Shown here in pieces: positions 1-14,099 of a stretch of 64,000 nucleotides of DNA. Within the stretch, counting starts at the first letter, position 1, and every line of letters begins with the position of its first letter. The stretch is from Haplodiscus bocki (lineage: Eukaryota), in the NCBI GenBank assembly GCA_965655095.1, contig OZ296648.1:146692001-146756000 (forward strand). The letters are read 5' to 3'. The notes beneath the pieces were generated by a model. It searched no databases and had not been told where the DNA came from. It saw nothing but the letters and a program-made list of their open reading frames with translations. The position numbers and the translations under genes were made by a program.

Positions 1-39
1 ATGGTCCGGTACTAGGCGACATGTTGCTTGACCTTGGTA

Positions 40-1000
40 GTTGGTGACTCTTGACCGATTTCACTATATAATAAATTTAAGAAGGGACTGCAAAAAGATT
101 GGGGCAGCTGTGTCCTGAAAGGACAAAATTAGATGGTTTGTTAGTTTCAGGTCAAAAACTTTGGTACCCGATCTCAGAGAATGTATTTTCCGACTGTTTT
201 CAAAATCGGAAAGCGAGGAAACTTTCAAAATTTCTGTGCTGGTCTATTTCTTTGTGATTGCCACCTTTATTCACAATTTTAAGCGCTCAATGTTTTGCCA
301 GTTTTCCCAATCAATCATACACGTTCGTCGTGAGATACTTGTCAATTGGAATTCAAGTGTTTGACCTCTTAATACATCGTGAGTGTTTTTCAGAGACTAA
401 ATTTTTCAATACTGAGCCCAGTTTCGAAACCAGTGCAATATTTAGAACCAACGAGCCATCTCTCAGCCTCTTTTGACTGATATTAGACAAGTCCTGGCAT
501 AAATTCGAGCACTTGGTCAACCATATTCTGGCGGAGAGTCGGAACTTTATGGAAAATTCGTGCCAAAGTTTCTGGCAGTAGCAGCAACTCCCAGGACTGA
601 GGCTTGCTGCAAATGTAAGAGCAATCTGGCCACTTGCCAACCTTTTGGAAGTTGCGGAGAGAGAGAGAGAAGCAAAACGGTGGAAAATAAATAAATGAAA
701 TTGGCGTATCCTCAATCGAAAAACTTCGCCAGTTTTTCCTGAGTTTGGAACCGCCAGCTTTTCTGTCGTTTTTGAAGAACCGTATCAAAATTCACAATGT
801 TTGATCAGTTTCTAGCAACTGTCGCCTTGCAATAGTCGTGAAATCGTAAAACCTCGAGCTGAAGTCGCAGATGGTCGCAGTTTCGTTCATCAACACTACC
901 TTCTGCGACAATTTCGACTATGAAAAAATCAACCGGAACTATTTACGAGGCCAAAACTCTCTCCATACTACCCTTTTTTTGGCCAGATTTCAGATATAAA
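40..1000 (+). mobile_element. Decayed LTR-retrotransposon fragment (PBS-like site, gag with zinc knuckle, protease-like remnant)
   Basis: TGGTGAC at ~42 resembles a primer-binding site. 605-650 reads C-C-K-C-K-(2-nt shift)-Q-S-G-H-L-P-T-F-W, a decayed CX2CX4HX4C knuckle. AEVADGRSF at ~858-885 resembles the retropepsin flap region. Many stops and frameshifts. Confidence 0.45.
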
Positions 1001-1268
1001 GGAATATAACTGCCGAGTGGTTATAAACAGTTAAACACATTACTAAGCTTTTTGCCGCAGCGCTACAAAACCCAATACTGCTTGACATTATTCTGAGTAT
1101 GCAAAACTCAATGGGAAAGACTTGCCAGCTAAAGGTTTCATTCTGACTGTACTTTTTCCACTACTATTACAGATATCAGTATTGTTTCTCTGTAAACTCT
1201 GTTTTCGACAACTGAACCCAGGAGCTCCGATTTGCCTTAGTGTACGTTACCATAAGCTAGTGGGAAGG

Positions 1269-2900
1269 TGTTATGCACGTATGGACAGAAACAGGTTACC
1301 CTACGAATCCAAAACGTCAAAAAACAGCTGCATTTGGTCGAACTTCTATTCATGAAGCCAAAGAGAAGTTGACAATTGGAATTGCTACCTCATGGTATCT
1401 AGCTTTGAGTCGTGTACATCCAATAAAACTTTCGGATCGAAGTTGGTGAAAACCTGACCAAAAGCGCTGATATCCGGATGCTTCAAGTTGGTATTCTGAG
1501 CGCAAGAAAAACCAAAATCCAGGAGTTGATTCCAACAAATCACGAAACAGTTCTACAACAGTAGCGATCTCATACTGTAATTTGAAAACGCTGGACAAAA
1601 TTGATATTCGGATTTTCAACTATGATTTCAAAATTTTCAAAAAACGACACAGGGAACATACACGTTTGTCAGTTGATACATTTTTGAATGTCTGTTGTTC
1701 AAAATGTACTGCCAATGCAGACGATGCCGTAAACGCCAGTGAACTGATAAAGACGGTAGCTTAAACCAGCGCTGAAACTGACGATTACTTTCACACCAGC
1801 ATACAGAAAGAGAATGCTTTTGTGTTTTTCAGAGACCCTATCCTCCAACTGAACACCTGCAGTCCAATTTTCAGGAAAACTTGCCCAAGTAAAAAGTGTA
1901 ACGTGGAGTCCCAAAGATTCATACAACAGAAACTAACATGTCAGAAATTTGCTGAACAACCGAAAAAAAAAACGAGGACACCGAAACTGCAACGAGGCTC
2001 ACCATGTCTCCGGGCATCAAAACAACGCTTCTTATTACAGGGCGAAGAGCAGTGTCAGAAAATGTGAGAGAATTGAGAGGTGACCAACGTGACGAACGTT
2101 TTCTGATTTCAGTAGGTAACATGTTGGTTTCAGAGGAATCTGGCGTGGTGTCAAAAGACAAAATTCCGTCAAACTTGTTCAGATATTTTTATGCTAAAAC
2201 AGCACTGATCAGGTAATCTACTGGATTCAGAGGTTCTGCCACGATGACCGAAAAGTGACCTGACGCCATCTGAGAAAACTACGTCGAGCCATAGGAGCCT
2301 GCGGTTGAGAACCCGTGTGGACAAAAGGTATGCTTCCGTCACATTATCAGAAACTGGCCTCCACTCAGCAGATAATCCAGAATATCATACCAGGGCAGCA
2401 GCTGCATCTTGAAGTAGCAAAAGCAATCTGGACAAGGAAAAGATTGAGATGGGAGATGACAATCTTCGAAACACTTCAAAAAGACGTCTTGAAGTTCGTG
2501 CCGAATCGAGGTTTAATAGACGACCAGAAGTAACTGCTCTTTCTGTGCCGAATCGGTGATGCGGAGCGGCATTTTGGCACACCAGAGGAACATATATGAA
2601 AAAACTGAAAAAAATTCGTGGATTCTTGATGCGAAGAAAGGCATGAAAATCAACATGGCGGCAATTCTTAGGCTAGGCTTTTTGAAACTTCGCCATGTGG
2701 TAAGTGAAAGCCTAGCCAAACTCTGGAGAGTGAGGTTCTGCTATTCCAACAACAAATGGCTATCATGCAAGACTTCCTAGATATCGATGTGGCAACTTCG
2801 GAAACTGAAGTTATTGAGGTAAGGGACCAACTGAAAGAAGTGTTGAAAAGAAAAAAGTCTGCCTAAATTAACAATCTTCAAAAAAACAGTCTGCTGCAAC
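1269..2900 (+). mobile_element. LTR (~1269-1441), PBS-like site and decayed gag of a second LTR element
   Basis: TGTTATG start at 1269 preceded by a purine run (GGGAAGG), AATAAA at 1422-1427, TGGTGAAAACC at 1444. Downstream gag-like fragment DDYFHTSIQKENAFVFF (~1780-1830) and Cys-rich remnants at 2530-2800. Confidence 0.4.
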
Positions 2901-3179
2901 TAAGAGTCAGAGTAAACTACGTGACAAGCGCCCAGGCCCCTACTTTGAGGCTATGATTTGGCCTAATCAAACCATTTTATCCCGCAGTTTCGTAGACAAC
3001 GTCTTAGCTCAATTTTATCTGACAGATACTGAGAGTGGAACGCCACCCCTACCAATGAAGGAATAGAAACCTAAGCCTTAGTTGTGGCTCAACTTTTGTT
3101 TTCCACAACTAAAAAAAAATGAATCCCATCGCAGTTCACAGCAAAGTTAGTGAAAAAAACCCAACTTAGTCATAGAGTG

Positions 3180-4051
3180 CCCGGGTCGAACTTTTTTGGG
3201 AAAACGCCGCTATTTTTCCGGTATAGCGGCGTTAACGCCGCTAACGCCGTTAACTTACAAGCAAAACGCCGTTAACGCCTTTATACCGACAAAAAAAACG
3301 CCGTTAACGCCTTTATACCGACAAGGAACACCATTAACGCTGTTATACCAGAAAAAACTTGTGTCTTCAAAAAACTGATTTTCTCACTCCATGAAGAATG
3401 AGAAACTCCCGGTCAATCATTTACTTGACAAAAGATTACGAAGCTTTTAGAGCATATTTTTCCGGTTAAACGCCGTTAACGCCGCTATTTTTCCGTTTTA
3501 ACGCCGCTATTTTTTCGGTTAAACGCCGTTAACGCCGCTATTTTTCCGGTTAAACGCCGTTAACGCCTTTATACCGACAGAAAGACGCCGTTAACGCCGC
3601 TATTTTTCTGGTTAAACGCCGTTAACGCTTTTATACCGACAAAAAAACGCCGCTATTTTTCCGGTTAAACGCCGTTAACGCCTTTATACCGACAAAAAAA
3701 CGCCGCTATTTTTCCGGTTAAGCGCCGTTAACGCCTTTATACCGACAAAAAAACGCCGTTAACGCCTTTATACCGACAAGTAAAACGCCGTTAACGCCTT
3801 TATACCGACAAAAAAAACGCCGTTAACGCCGCTATTTTTTCCGGTTAAACGCCGTTAACGCCTTTATACCGACAAAAAAACGCCGTTAACGCCGCTATTT
3901 TTTCCGGTTAAACGCCGTTAACGCCTTTATACCGACAAAAAAACGCCGTTAACGCCGCTATTTTTCCGGTTAATAACGGCTTCTGTGGCTAATTTTGACC
4001 GCCGTTAACGCCCTTATACCGGAAAAATTTCGGCCATTATTTCGACCCGGG
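3180..4051. mobile_element. Non-autonomous TIR DNA transposon (CMC/EnSpm-like, 872 bp) with 2-bp TSD
   Basis: Perfect 11-bp TIR CCCGGGTCGAA (3180-3190) / TTCGACCCGGG (4041-4051), plus a subterminal inverted match (ATTTTTCCGGTATA..GCGTTAACG). TG directly flanks both ends (3178-3179, 4052-4053). Confidence 0.85.
3455..3975. repeat. CpG-rich minisatellite, ~50-62-bp units built on AACGCCGTTAACGCC
   Basis: Repeats of TTTTTCCGGTTAAACGCCGTTAACGCCTTTATACCGACAAAAAAACGCCG(TTAACGCCG)CTA are seen directly. More copies lie at 3203-3350, including the perfect 20-bp palindrome TAGCGGCGTTAACGCCGCTA at 3224-3243. Confidence 0.95.
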
Positions 4052-7000
4052 TGACAGAAGTCATCATCGAAGACATTAAATTTGAACCCAATGGCAACGT
4101 TCTTTTTACCATTTTCACCAAACGGTTGATCAATATTTTTCCTGAGACAACTACCAGTTTTTTACGTGCTTCAGCACAAAAAAAATTCCACAAGGATGGA
4201 CCTACAGCTTTCAAGGCAACTCAAACGTCGAACGTGGATGCTTAAATCAACATATTGAAGCATTTATTTTTGGCTGCACAACACTCGCTGAAAAACTCAC
4301 ACAAATTGCGACTCGTAATGATTCACTTGAAAGATGGAGAAGGGGACTCCAACTTGAACAAGTTGGAATTATATAGGAAAGAATTAAAATTTTTTTCCGT
4401 TGTAGTCAAAAAGTTTTGCTGTTGCTGGTCGAAGAACAGAAGTGGGGAACTCAAATGCTACCCACCAGCAAAAACCAGGAGATGCAATTACGCTGCACCT
4501 GATAAGTACCGGATGAATGGGAAGGACTCAAAGGTGAAGGATATCCTGATGAATAACCGGAGATTTTCTTTTTTGATATAGCGCAAAGACACATAGCTTG
4601 AGTCATAAATTGTCACCTGAACACGAACTTAGCTGCCAAGCACACGCCAATACCTAGAATTGCCTCCAACTCTAGAAAATTTGCATTTTTCTGCAAATCA
4701 ATTTGTTAAAACGAGAGAATCATCAAGACAACGTGATGCCAAAAATAGTTTGTTTTTAGTCCCTTCTTCCTGCATCAAGAACATCGACGACCGCAGCTCC
4801 AGCGATTGTGCAAGCAGTCATTCTACAGCCAGTCTTGGATCCACCCAGACACCCAAAGGAGGTTCGTCAAAAACGACAAGAGCAAAATCGCTGGTCAAAA
4901 TAGCAATTGTTTCCAAAATCGACACTTTGCGAGAGACTGCGAGCAGTCTCGTAGGCAAAGCAACCAGCTACAGCCTAATGTCTGAAGCTGCCCAAAGTGA
5001 GATATGACAATGAATGTTGAATCATCTTCAAGCATTGGTTACTTTATATACTAGAAGTGGGAACACAAGCCATTGGGATGCAAGTTGCTTCGAAATGATC
5101 ATGCCTTTGCCTAATTGTGCGTGGTACCGATAAAAGCAGTAAAAAGTTAATCAACCAGCTCCGCTGGAAATACAACATTCTCATCAATCATTGTTTGTGC
5201 TTGAATACAAAATGCGATTGCATGGTTATATTGTTTGCGGTACATGCAAACTAAAAAATTGCCAAACATCCAAAGCGAAGTAGTCTTCATTTCATTGGGC
5301 ATGTACCTGTGGCATAAGCGGAAGCTTCAACCGAGCACGACGCGTCATCACTGGGAGAAAGCTTTGAATTCACCACAATAGTATGTGGTTCGGAGAGAAG
5401 AACAAAAGCAGCTATGAACTTTAGGACCCATGCGGGTAACGGCACAGTATTGAACACAAAAGCCATTAGCGACAGTGCCTAAGGAAGATTTTGTTGAAGT
5501 CATTACTTTAGAAATAGATCAGTTGTCTGCCAGAACCTGCGGACTACTCCATCAGAACCCTCTCGTGTGCAAAATGATTGCAATGCAACATTTGTTCCGA
5601 TGCCTCCTGCTCGCCAACCCGCAGTAAGATAGACCTACACTGCTGAAGAGTTTTTAATCAAGGCGGTCTCAACCCGGCAAAATTAGCATGCTATCCACAA
5701 AACAGCATGTCACACAAGTGGATCAATCTAGTTGCAGCCATTGAACTGAACATCCAAATATTTGCATGATTGGCAGAAAAAGTCTGCTTCATTTTAATAA
5801 GATTTCTATTGCAAGTCGACTTCGTGACTGAAGACGACTGTCTGTTGAAACAAATCATTTTTGGCAGATCAATCTTGCGTCAATAAGAAACACTGGTGGC
5901 CTTGAAGTTAATTTAATTGGTCATCAGGTACACAAAACTAACAAGACAACTGCTGTCCACGAAGTTTGCACTGGAAAACAATGTAAGCAAAGGTTGTCAG
6001 AATTCAAACTCGATGACATCTTGATGCGTCACAAGTTTGGTAGCCAGACTTTTTGACAAATGACAATTGTTTAGTTCAAACGTCTTTTGTTTTCACTGAT
6101 ACTGATACTAAGAGCATTGTTCAACGTAATGGATCTCTGTCCTGTTCAATGGGGAATGATGTCAAAAAGCCTCCAGTCTAATATTTGCGCTTAATGAGTA
6201 AATAGACATCTTCATGAGACACAGAGAAAACCTAGGTGGGTGCAATTTAAAAGAGCATGGAGTAAACTTGGACCCAACTGCTGATCGACATCTCGAACCT
6301 CGAGGGAGCTAGAAGAAACTCTCGAGACAAAGCATAGAAAGCACACAAAGAAGAACGTCCTCTTGTTAACTGAGGCATGATTGCTTCATGGTATTGGTAT
6401 TGGACAAAAGAAATATTCTAGTTAAAAAAAGGAAAAGTTTTCTTCTTATGCAATTTCCGGCAGTTGCAAAACGTTCGAGTCAAAAATGCTTACCCTTGCC
6501 GTTGACCAACGAAAACCTTTCTTGGTTGAGCAGAGCCAAGCGTTTAACCCACTCAAATAAGGCCTCGTCTATGGCTCTCTGAAATATTAAGAACGTCAGA
6601 CTGCAGTTTTTGCATGCAAGTAAGGATTTTTTGACTGGGAATGCATGCCATTCGTCTGGAGTATTGGTACAGCCGCATTCCAAAGGGCGACGACTGAAAC
6701 ATTGGTTTTTGTTGACAGCAGCACAGGCAGTGCGATCAATGTAACTTTGACGACGAAATCCTCGCTCTTTCAAAATCAGTCAGACAGCTTGAAGTCTTCT
6801 ATTGCAAATGGTCCGCCCGTGTTAATGGTGAGTCAGCCAAATTCTATTTCATGAAAGCAGATGTCAAGTACTTTGGAACACCCGTCACCGTGGATTTCAC
6901 AATGCCCGTAGAGGATTCTGTCAAAATTTCGCCAAATTTGTTCACAGTTCAAAAAAAGTCCAAAGAAAAAGGCGTTTAGTTTTGCGAATTTTTAAAGTGA

Positions 7001-10000
7001 ACTTGTTCCAATTTATGTTTTTGATACGGAGACATATAAACTGCCAGTGGTTTTCTGAAGCTCAAAGAGTTTTTTAGGAAATCAGTGATGGCACCATCCA
7101 TTGCAGCGGCACTTTTAGCTTTTTAATACACGAAGGCCAAGAACGTTTTGGTACGAAATCAGACGTCATTGGATTGTCCGGCATTTTTCATCATGAACAG
7201 GAATGAGATGGAAAAACAAAACTCCAACCTTTTTTGGCAGCAAGTCTTTGAAAGCAACGCAGATAAAAAAAGTTTGTCCCAAATATAGAAATGTTCGCTA
7301 CGTCATTTGACATTGCACCGGGAACCGCGAAGAATCACACTGCGGATAGACAACCAAGCTTGGATACCCCAACCAGAAACTTACCCACTGGATGAAGGAA
7401 TGATTGGGAGATGGATTTAGTTGTTAGAACAGACCCATATGGGCAACGAACATCGCCCTTAACCATGCAAGGTAATCATACGGTTGCATCATTAAACGGA
7501 AAAATGACTATGCGCGACGTGCTTCCCAAATTACTCAAATAGCTGTTGGGAAGATTGGGTTTTCATTCTTTTCCCATGAACGAAACGACTTACGGACAAA
7601 GTACCCGGAAGTAGACAAACAGTGCAATCTGAAGCCTAGTTCGTAGATGGAGCCAATAAGTGAACCAGGAATAGTTCAACTATTGCAACCTTCATTGATG
7701 CTTTTACGTCAAAAACCGGAAAGACGCGTTAACAGCCTGGTGAAGGACGTCCCAAACACTGGATCACCCAATCTTTCCTAGTACATTTGGGATAAAAGTC
7801 CTCAGACGAAACAAGGGCAGAACAATTGCATTTACCACATGCTTTAGCATTCTTGAGATGAATCTACCTAACAACTCAATGGCACATGAAAAAAAAATTT
7901 GATTATGTTTTCCCGTTTTGTTAAGACGGCCATCGAGTTCCTTAAAAACCAAGGCGACTTGATTTACCATCGTGAATGTTCTTGTGAAAAACTATTTTTT
8001 CGAAAATAATTCGGACAAATTTTCACTTGAAAAGCTTTCTGAGCGCGAGATCAACTGAAAAATGCTCAAGCTTGCTCCTGCTGCAAAGCTATAGTGAGAT
8101 TAGGATTGTTCGAGCAATTAGGTGTCCATATTTCCCCGCTAGAAAACAACATACTCCGAGTCAAGGTCTCGGCTTTTTTTAGTTCGTTTCAAGTTTCCTC
8201 GGATCGGTCGTCACTCCATTCAAAAGTTTACCTCAAAGACTTCGGTGAAAACTCAATTTATCTCCAAATGCATTCGCGTCTTTTTATTAGCACAAACTTG
8301 AGATAGACTGAAAATTTAAGTGATATGAAATGCGCTTTCAAAACAAAATACCCCGATTAAATTATTGAACTTTTTCTAGTTTATCCAAGTAAAGTTGAAA
8401 TTAAAAGCTTTCGAATCGGCTGTGACACCTCAGAATACAACCAATAAACTCCTTCCGCCCATTTAGGGAAGCGTCATGTTCATTTAGAACTAAGGTGATA
8501 AGCTATAGTGTTGTGATGACGGCAGGTCTTTGAAATTTCTTTGAAAACCAATAACATAAAAATTTTCGGAAAAAGTTTACGATAGAAAATAATTCTTGTG
8601 CTGCGCAAAACACAATCTAGACTTCAATTATTACTAAATGCAATGCTAATGCGAAATTGAACTCTTAGGTGTAAAAATACTTGTTTTGAAAACAGTAAAC
8701 CCGGTTTAAAAGTATCAGTTTTTTCAAAATTTTGAAATACTAAAGTAGTTAACAACTTTTGGATATTTGTGACTCAAAAACGCTGTCAATCAAGTTTTCA
8801 CGTCTTTATGAGAAAACTATCGTTTTTAATCAGAGCCGTGAATGGTCAATATAACTGTGTATTAGAAAAAAAAGGAAAGCTCAAAAACGTGGAAAAGGGT
8901 TTTTGTATTGCACTGGTCAAGACGTTTTCGCGGGAAAACCCATTAAAATGAGTAGTCTTTTCAATATTCCGAAAACAATTCTGCAAATCTAGAGAAACAT
9001 TTTAAAATGAGAGAAAATTCGAAAAAGTGTTTAGTTTGATTTTTTTTCCGCCGGAGCAGAAAAATTGGACGCTGTCAATTTTTTTCTCGTCGGTGTCGCG
9101 CCCTTGCTTGAAAAACACAACTTTTTGTGGTGAAAAATTGAAAAATGCTCTACTTGTTTGGTTGCCCGTGAAACAAGCATAGAGGAATTTCTCATAAACA
9201 ACGTCATATTTTCGTTGCCAGAATAAGTAATTAGAAGTGCAACAGAGTGATATGGAACCTAACGATTTTAAAATTTTGCTGCAAACTAAATTATGGTCTC
9301 AAGATAAAATCGGTTTCGCCATATTCTTCCCGCTCAATTTTAAAACCTCTGGCAGTTTTCCGCTTAACTCTGCAAATTTGATACTTTTGGCGCTGGATGC
9401 TTAACATTTAGTTCAGATTTTTAAAATCCATTCATCTACTAAAGGTTAATTATCGGTAATTCCTCACAAACTAATGAAATTTCACATACCTGGAAGTAGT
9501 GATGATAATTTTTCCCAAGTCCAACACAAACTGGGAGTGCAAGCAATCATTGAAATTCTCGTCAATAGCTTCAACTCCATGCTCAAGCGTAATCATCCCA
9601 GATGAAATTTTATTTTGGAAAACACAAATATTTTTTTCGAAAAAATGCCGCTCACTGCTTAGATAAGATCGGTATCCCCCAAAAGCTACCGATACGACTT
9701 GACTTTATCTGCGGAAACTATATGGCTGATAACTTGCCAAGAAAAACCGGTAACTTCACCGATAAAAATATTATAATTTCGTCTGAACCCTAATTAGCAA
9801 TATCATTCATCGGACAAACTGGCGAGAAGTTCCAACTTTTGTGAATAAAATAAGAGCTAATTTGATGCATGTCCTAATTCCAATGAAAGAAATTTTTGAG
9901 TAATGTTCCTTCTACAAAGTGTAAAATCAAATCCATTTAATTGTTAAAAGCTGTGATAGTTTCGCTATAACTTTGTTATCAGAATATAAGCTCCGGAAAG

Positions 10001-11084
10001 TTTCTCATAGAATGTTGATTCAATTGACTTTTCGAGAATCATCTTTTACTTCAATCAAATTCTGAAGGAAAACATTATCACTCACTGTCCCAGCGATATA
10101 TGAATGATCGTGTATGCCATTTTTCAATGAGCATCGCAATCAATATATCATTGTTTGTTATTACCAAAATTTATGCAAAAACACTTCTATGTTGCTAAGA
10201 TCTCTTTTTTGCCTTGAAATCTGTTCTGGCTTTTATGTTGCTAAGATTAACGGAAAAACCTGGATAAATTTTACTACAACTAATATTTCTTTCTAAGCAA
10301 ATTTTGCTTCCAACTTTCGACTGGGGATGGTAGTTGAATTGATTTTGTGTGAGGTATTGCTCACTGTTTTCAGGTAAATAAAGCTAAAAATTGTGACACG
10401 AATCATATCACGTAATAGCTACTAAAAGCACCGACTAAGAATCGATTGAACTTCTGTTATTCATTTTTTGAAGTTTTCACGATGTTGCATGAAAGCATTC
10501 ATGTTCTCTTTCTAATTCAACCTTTGCGGTTGAAAAATTAAGAAGACTGCCGGCTACCGCCAGTATATTTTCCACCCTCCAAAATTAATTGTTAATGAAA
10601 CCTTTGAAAAGAATGAAAGCGTTTTTTTTTCAATTAAAATATTTCTAATTTTTTTGCAGAAAAACTCAGTTAAGGTAGAAAAGTCAGTATCAAGAAATAA
10701 TTCTGAACAGCGCTAATTTTTTGGTTCAGTTTTCAAATTTTTTTAGAAATTTGTAGAAGTACCTCAATTTTGAGGCACATACTTCAGATTGGCAGCCAAA
10801 TTAGCGAAAAGTGTCCTTCGGTCCAAAAAAAAGTTTGGGTTTTCTGTTACCGCTCAATTAACAAACTGATAAGATTCAATTTTTCAAAAGCATTTTCCCG
10901 TTTAGTCGGATGAACTTTCAAGATTGATTCGGAAAAATTGAGTTTTTGCTGTAATTTTACAGAACATTGGAGAAAATTTACATTTTTTGAATACGAGGAA
11001 TGCCATTTTTATTACCACTTCAAGCGTTTTCAAAACTTCTAACTACGTTATTACAATTTGATATTCCCATCTACTTGTGTTAAT

Positions 11085-11333
11085 ATCAGAGCTAATTCAG
11101 AGTAAATCACCGCTGAATCAGAGCTGTTCGGTGCTGAAACCCCCATGTTTCATAGCTAAGAAAATCCTCTCTGAAACAGCGCCGAAATTTTCTGTTCTGA
11201 CCAGCGCTGATTCAGAGAAAATAAGAGCTGATTAACTCTGAAACAGAGTTGAACAACGTTGATTTTTTCATAATTTCTGAGTCAGCGCTGAAAAACGTCA
11301 AATCTCTGATTATCTCTGGGCCTTCAACCGGGA
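11085..11333. mobile_element. Fragment (right end) of a CCCGG-terminus non-autonomous DNA element
   Basis: Repeated CAG(A/C)GCTGA / TTCAGA motifs ending in TTCAACCGGGA, similar to the TTCGACCCGGG end at 4051. No left TIR found. Confidence 0.45.
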
Positions 11334-14099
11334 TAATATCATTTGATACGCACTCTTCAGCAAATTTGCCACCCTGACCGATTTTGAAAAAATCAAGTTT
11401 TTTCTCAAAAAAAAAACAAATCTCGTACTTATTTAAGAAATCTTACTCTTTCAGTCGCATTCTACGGCGAATTTGCTATAATTTGGTGATAAAAAAAACA
11501 TTCAAATTCAGAATTGTCCTCCTGTCATTCTGCCCGGACAACTGTCAATTAAACGCAAAAAAACGCACCGCGTTGAAAGGATGATTTTTCTTCCATTTTA
11601 TAAATATGGTGGGTGGAAAATAATAAACGACAGTTCGTGGACCAAATTGTTCTCAAGAAGTGCTTTTCAGGGGCATTGAGGGACACGAAACAAGCGAATA
11701 AGTTTACAATTATTTTGAGGATTAAATGTAAAGTTTTCTGAGAACAAGCAAAATTTTATTGCTCAACAAATTGTGTATTTTCAATTTAACTAAAAAATGT
11801 GATTGATTTTTTTTCAGGAAAAAATATTATTTTACTATTCTTATTTTAACTATCCTCTGCGTGCTAAAAGTTAAAATCAATCTATACAAACTCTAGTTCA
11901 TAATCTCCAAGATTCAATAGCCGCCCAGGTTGCTTAAAACATGTAGCATACGTTTGGTTGTAGTTTGATTCTCAACATCTTTCTCAATATATTTTTGATT
12001 TTGCAATACTCAAGCAGGTTATAAATATGTATTCAACAGCTTTGATCAAGACACTTCTCCGACAACCGAATTCATGCACTTTTGCAAAAAATTTCGAGAT
12101 TGTCAAGTGTTGATTTTGAGATTTATCAACACTTACACAAGCCTTGCAATTATTTTGCAACAGAAGCAATAAAAGTGTGTCGCAAGTAGACATTTACTTA
12201 AGGGCAGCAGGGTTCAACCTGCAGACACGCCAGTCTGAATGCACAACTGCCTGACGTCATAAATTAGGCGTGGTGTTACAACTTATAATAAAGGCAAAGT
12301 TAGAGTTAGCGGTAAAGTCTGTATCCGTAAACATTAGAACGAGCCGGAGTGTAGAGCGGCGATTCCAGACTGTGGTTCCAGACAACTTTCTGGGTGATTT
12401 TATTCCTTACAGGGGGCACCCCTTGCTCAATTTTATCACCTTGCGGACATCACTGAGGTGCTATATTATGGAAATTATAGAGGTGTTAACACAAGAAAGA
12501 AGTTTAGAACAACTTTTACAATAATTTCTTCTTTTGGGAGTTCAAATTTCACGCTCGCTACTTTTGAGCATAGTTTGTATATTCCCCCATCTCTATGTAA
12601 TCTGAAAATACAAATTCGTCTCTTAACCTTACGCTACGTTAAGCTCAGTGTTTCACAGGGTAGAGAGATCTCACCATCAGAAACAATTCCTCCCCAACAA
12701 TTTGCCCGGAAAATTTCCCATCCTAGGAAAGCAACGAAAAACCTTCCGTAACCTCAACCCTGTAATTTTTATGAGCACAATTGCTGGCGGGTTGACTTAA
12801 GATTATACAACTTCAAATAAACTTTGAGGAACCCCTTTGAAAGTCAACTAAAATTTTTAAAGGATATATTATGCAGAAAAACAATTACGAAAGTTTTTTA
12901 TAAGCTGAGGTTTTTATGTTTTTACGACTTTCTGTCTTTTTCTACTGCCGCAACTTTGAACAATCCTATTTCTTCGAGGAACTTTGATGCCAAGTTTTGC
13001 TCAAAATTGTAAGTTTATAGCTTGCTGCGTTTGGAATAATAAATTATAAAATGGTGGTTGCTTCAAAATTGAACCACAGACATGCTAGTCTATTTATCAG
13101 ATATATGAGAGAATTAGATAACGCAGTATGTAAATTTTTGTACTCATGTTGTATGAAAAGATATCATCGAGCCAGCATAAACTGTGCGCGTTTTATTTTA
13201 ACCAAGTCCGGCAAACCGGTACAGCTAATTTAAATCTCGGACCAGATTTCAGCTTGATTCGCAACCATAGTTGAGTGAATACACTCCATGCAAACTACAA
13301 ATTATTGTCCATGTTACTTAATATTCACCGCTTATATTTGTTTACATAAGGCCCCAGAAGAATTTATCATCTCCAAGACTTCGTAGACTTTAGACCGCAA
13401 GCGTCCCTTCAAGGTTAGATCTCATCTTTCGTCTCTAAAAACCAGGAAACCAGGTGTGTTTTGAAGTCTCAAAATTCACAATAACTTTAGCTTTTCAGAA
13501 AACCGGATTTTTACCACCATACAAAAAACATGAAAGGAAGTCTTACAAGGTGATGTATTAAAACGTTTGAATGATAAAATGTTCCATATTACGAGTCAAT
13601 GCGAGTAATACACGGAACTACAGAGCTGTAATAATACTTGAAAACATATGTGACTTTTGTTCAATTACGATAACTTAGTCCACAAAACATCAAGTGAAAA
13701 GCCTGTGAAAAACATTAAAACATTACGGTGAGACGGTAGTCGACAAAAGTAACAGTCAGTTTAATTTCAGTAAATGTGAATGTTCAAGTTCAAATTTCAA
13801 AAAAAATTGTGCTGGAGAAGTCTAACAGTCGTAAGCTTTAAAACGTTCGCTAAAAAATGTTTCTGGATGTGGAAGACGACTGTTATTAGGTAGGTGATCA
13901 GAACAATCTCAAATTATTATTCGGATAGTTTACTTCTGGTGGTTGCTAGCGGATTATCTCACGTGAAAGAAAAATAATTGTGGCTTTTTGAGAAGGAAGT
14001 TTAATTAGAGAAGACAAGAAAATGCGAAATTCTGAAAGTGATTTTAAAAAAGGTTACTCAACTTACATAATAGTTAGCAACTTGTGGCAGAAAATTTCT

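Larger units (their letters stand above)
2900..7950 (+). mobile_element. Decayed Ty3/Gypsy gag-pol (gag, protease, RT, RNase H), interrupted by the 3180-4051 TIR element
   Basis: RT N-terminus DIFMRHRENLGGCNLKEHGVNL (~6205-6270). RT motif TAVFACK*GFFDWECMPFVWSIGTAAFQRA (6600-6690; cf. Gypsy MPFGLxNAxATFQR). RNase H DVIGLSGIFHHEQE*DGK (~7162) and ITLRIDNQA (~7334). Knuckle remnant RCNYAAPDKYRMN at ~4480. Start boundary approximate. Confidence 0.8.

Noticed and set aside
3203-4012. CRISPR array
   Set aside because: The sequence between repeats is itself repeated (no unique spacers), there are no cas genes, and the array is enclosed by TIRs in a eukaryotic context.
8000-10600. Host gene exons or a LINE in this AT-rich stretch
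   Set aside because: I could not establish any motif or consistent splice structure; left unannotated.
12274-12491. Solo LTR (TGTTACA...TGTTAACA)
   Set aside because: The termini fit, but the flanks show no TSD and there is no second copy, PBS or PPT in the window.
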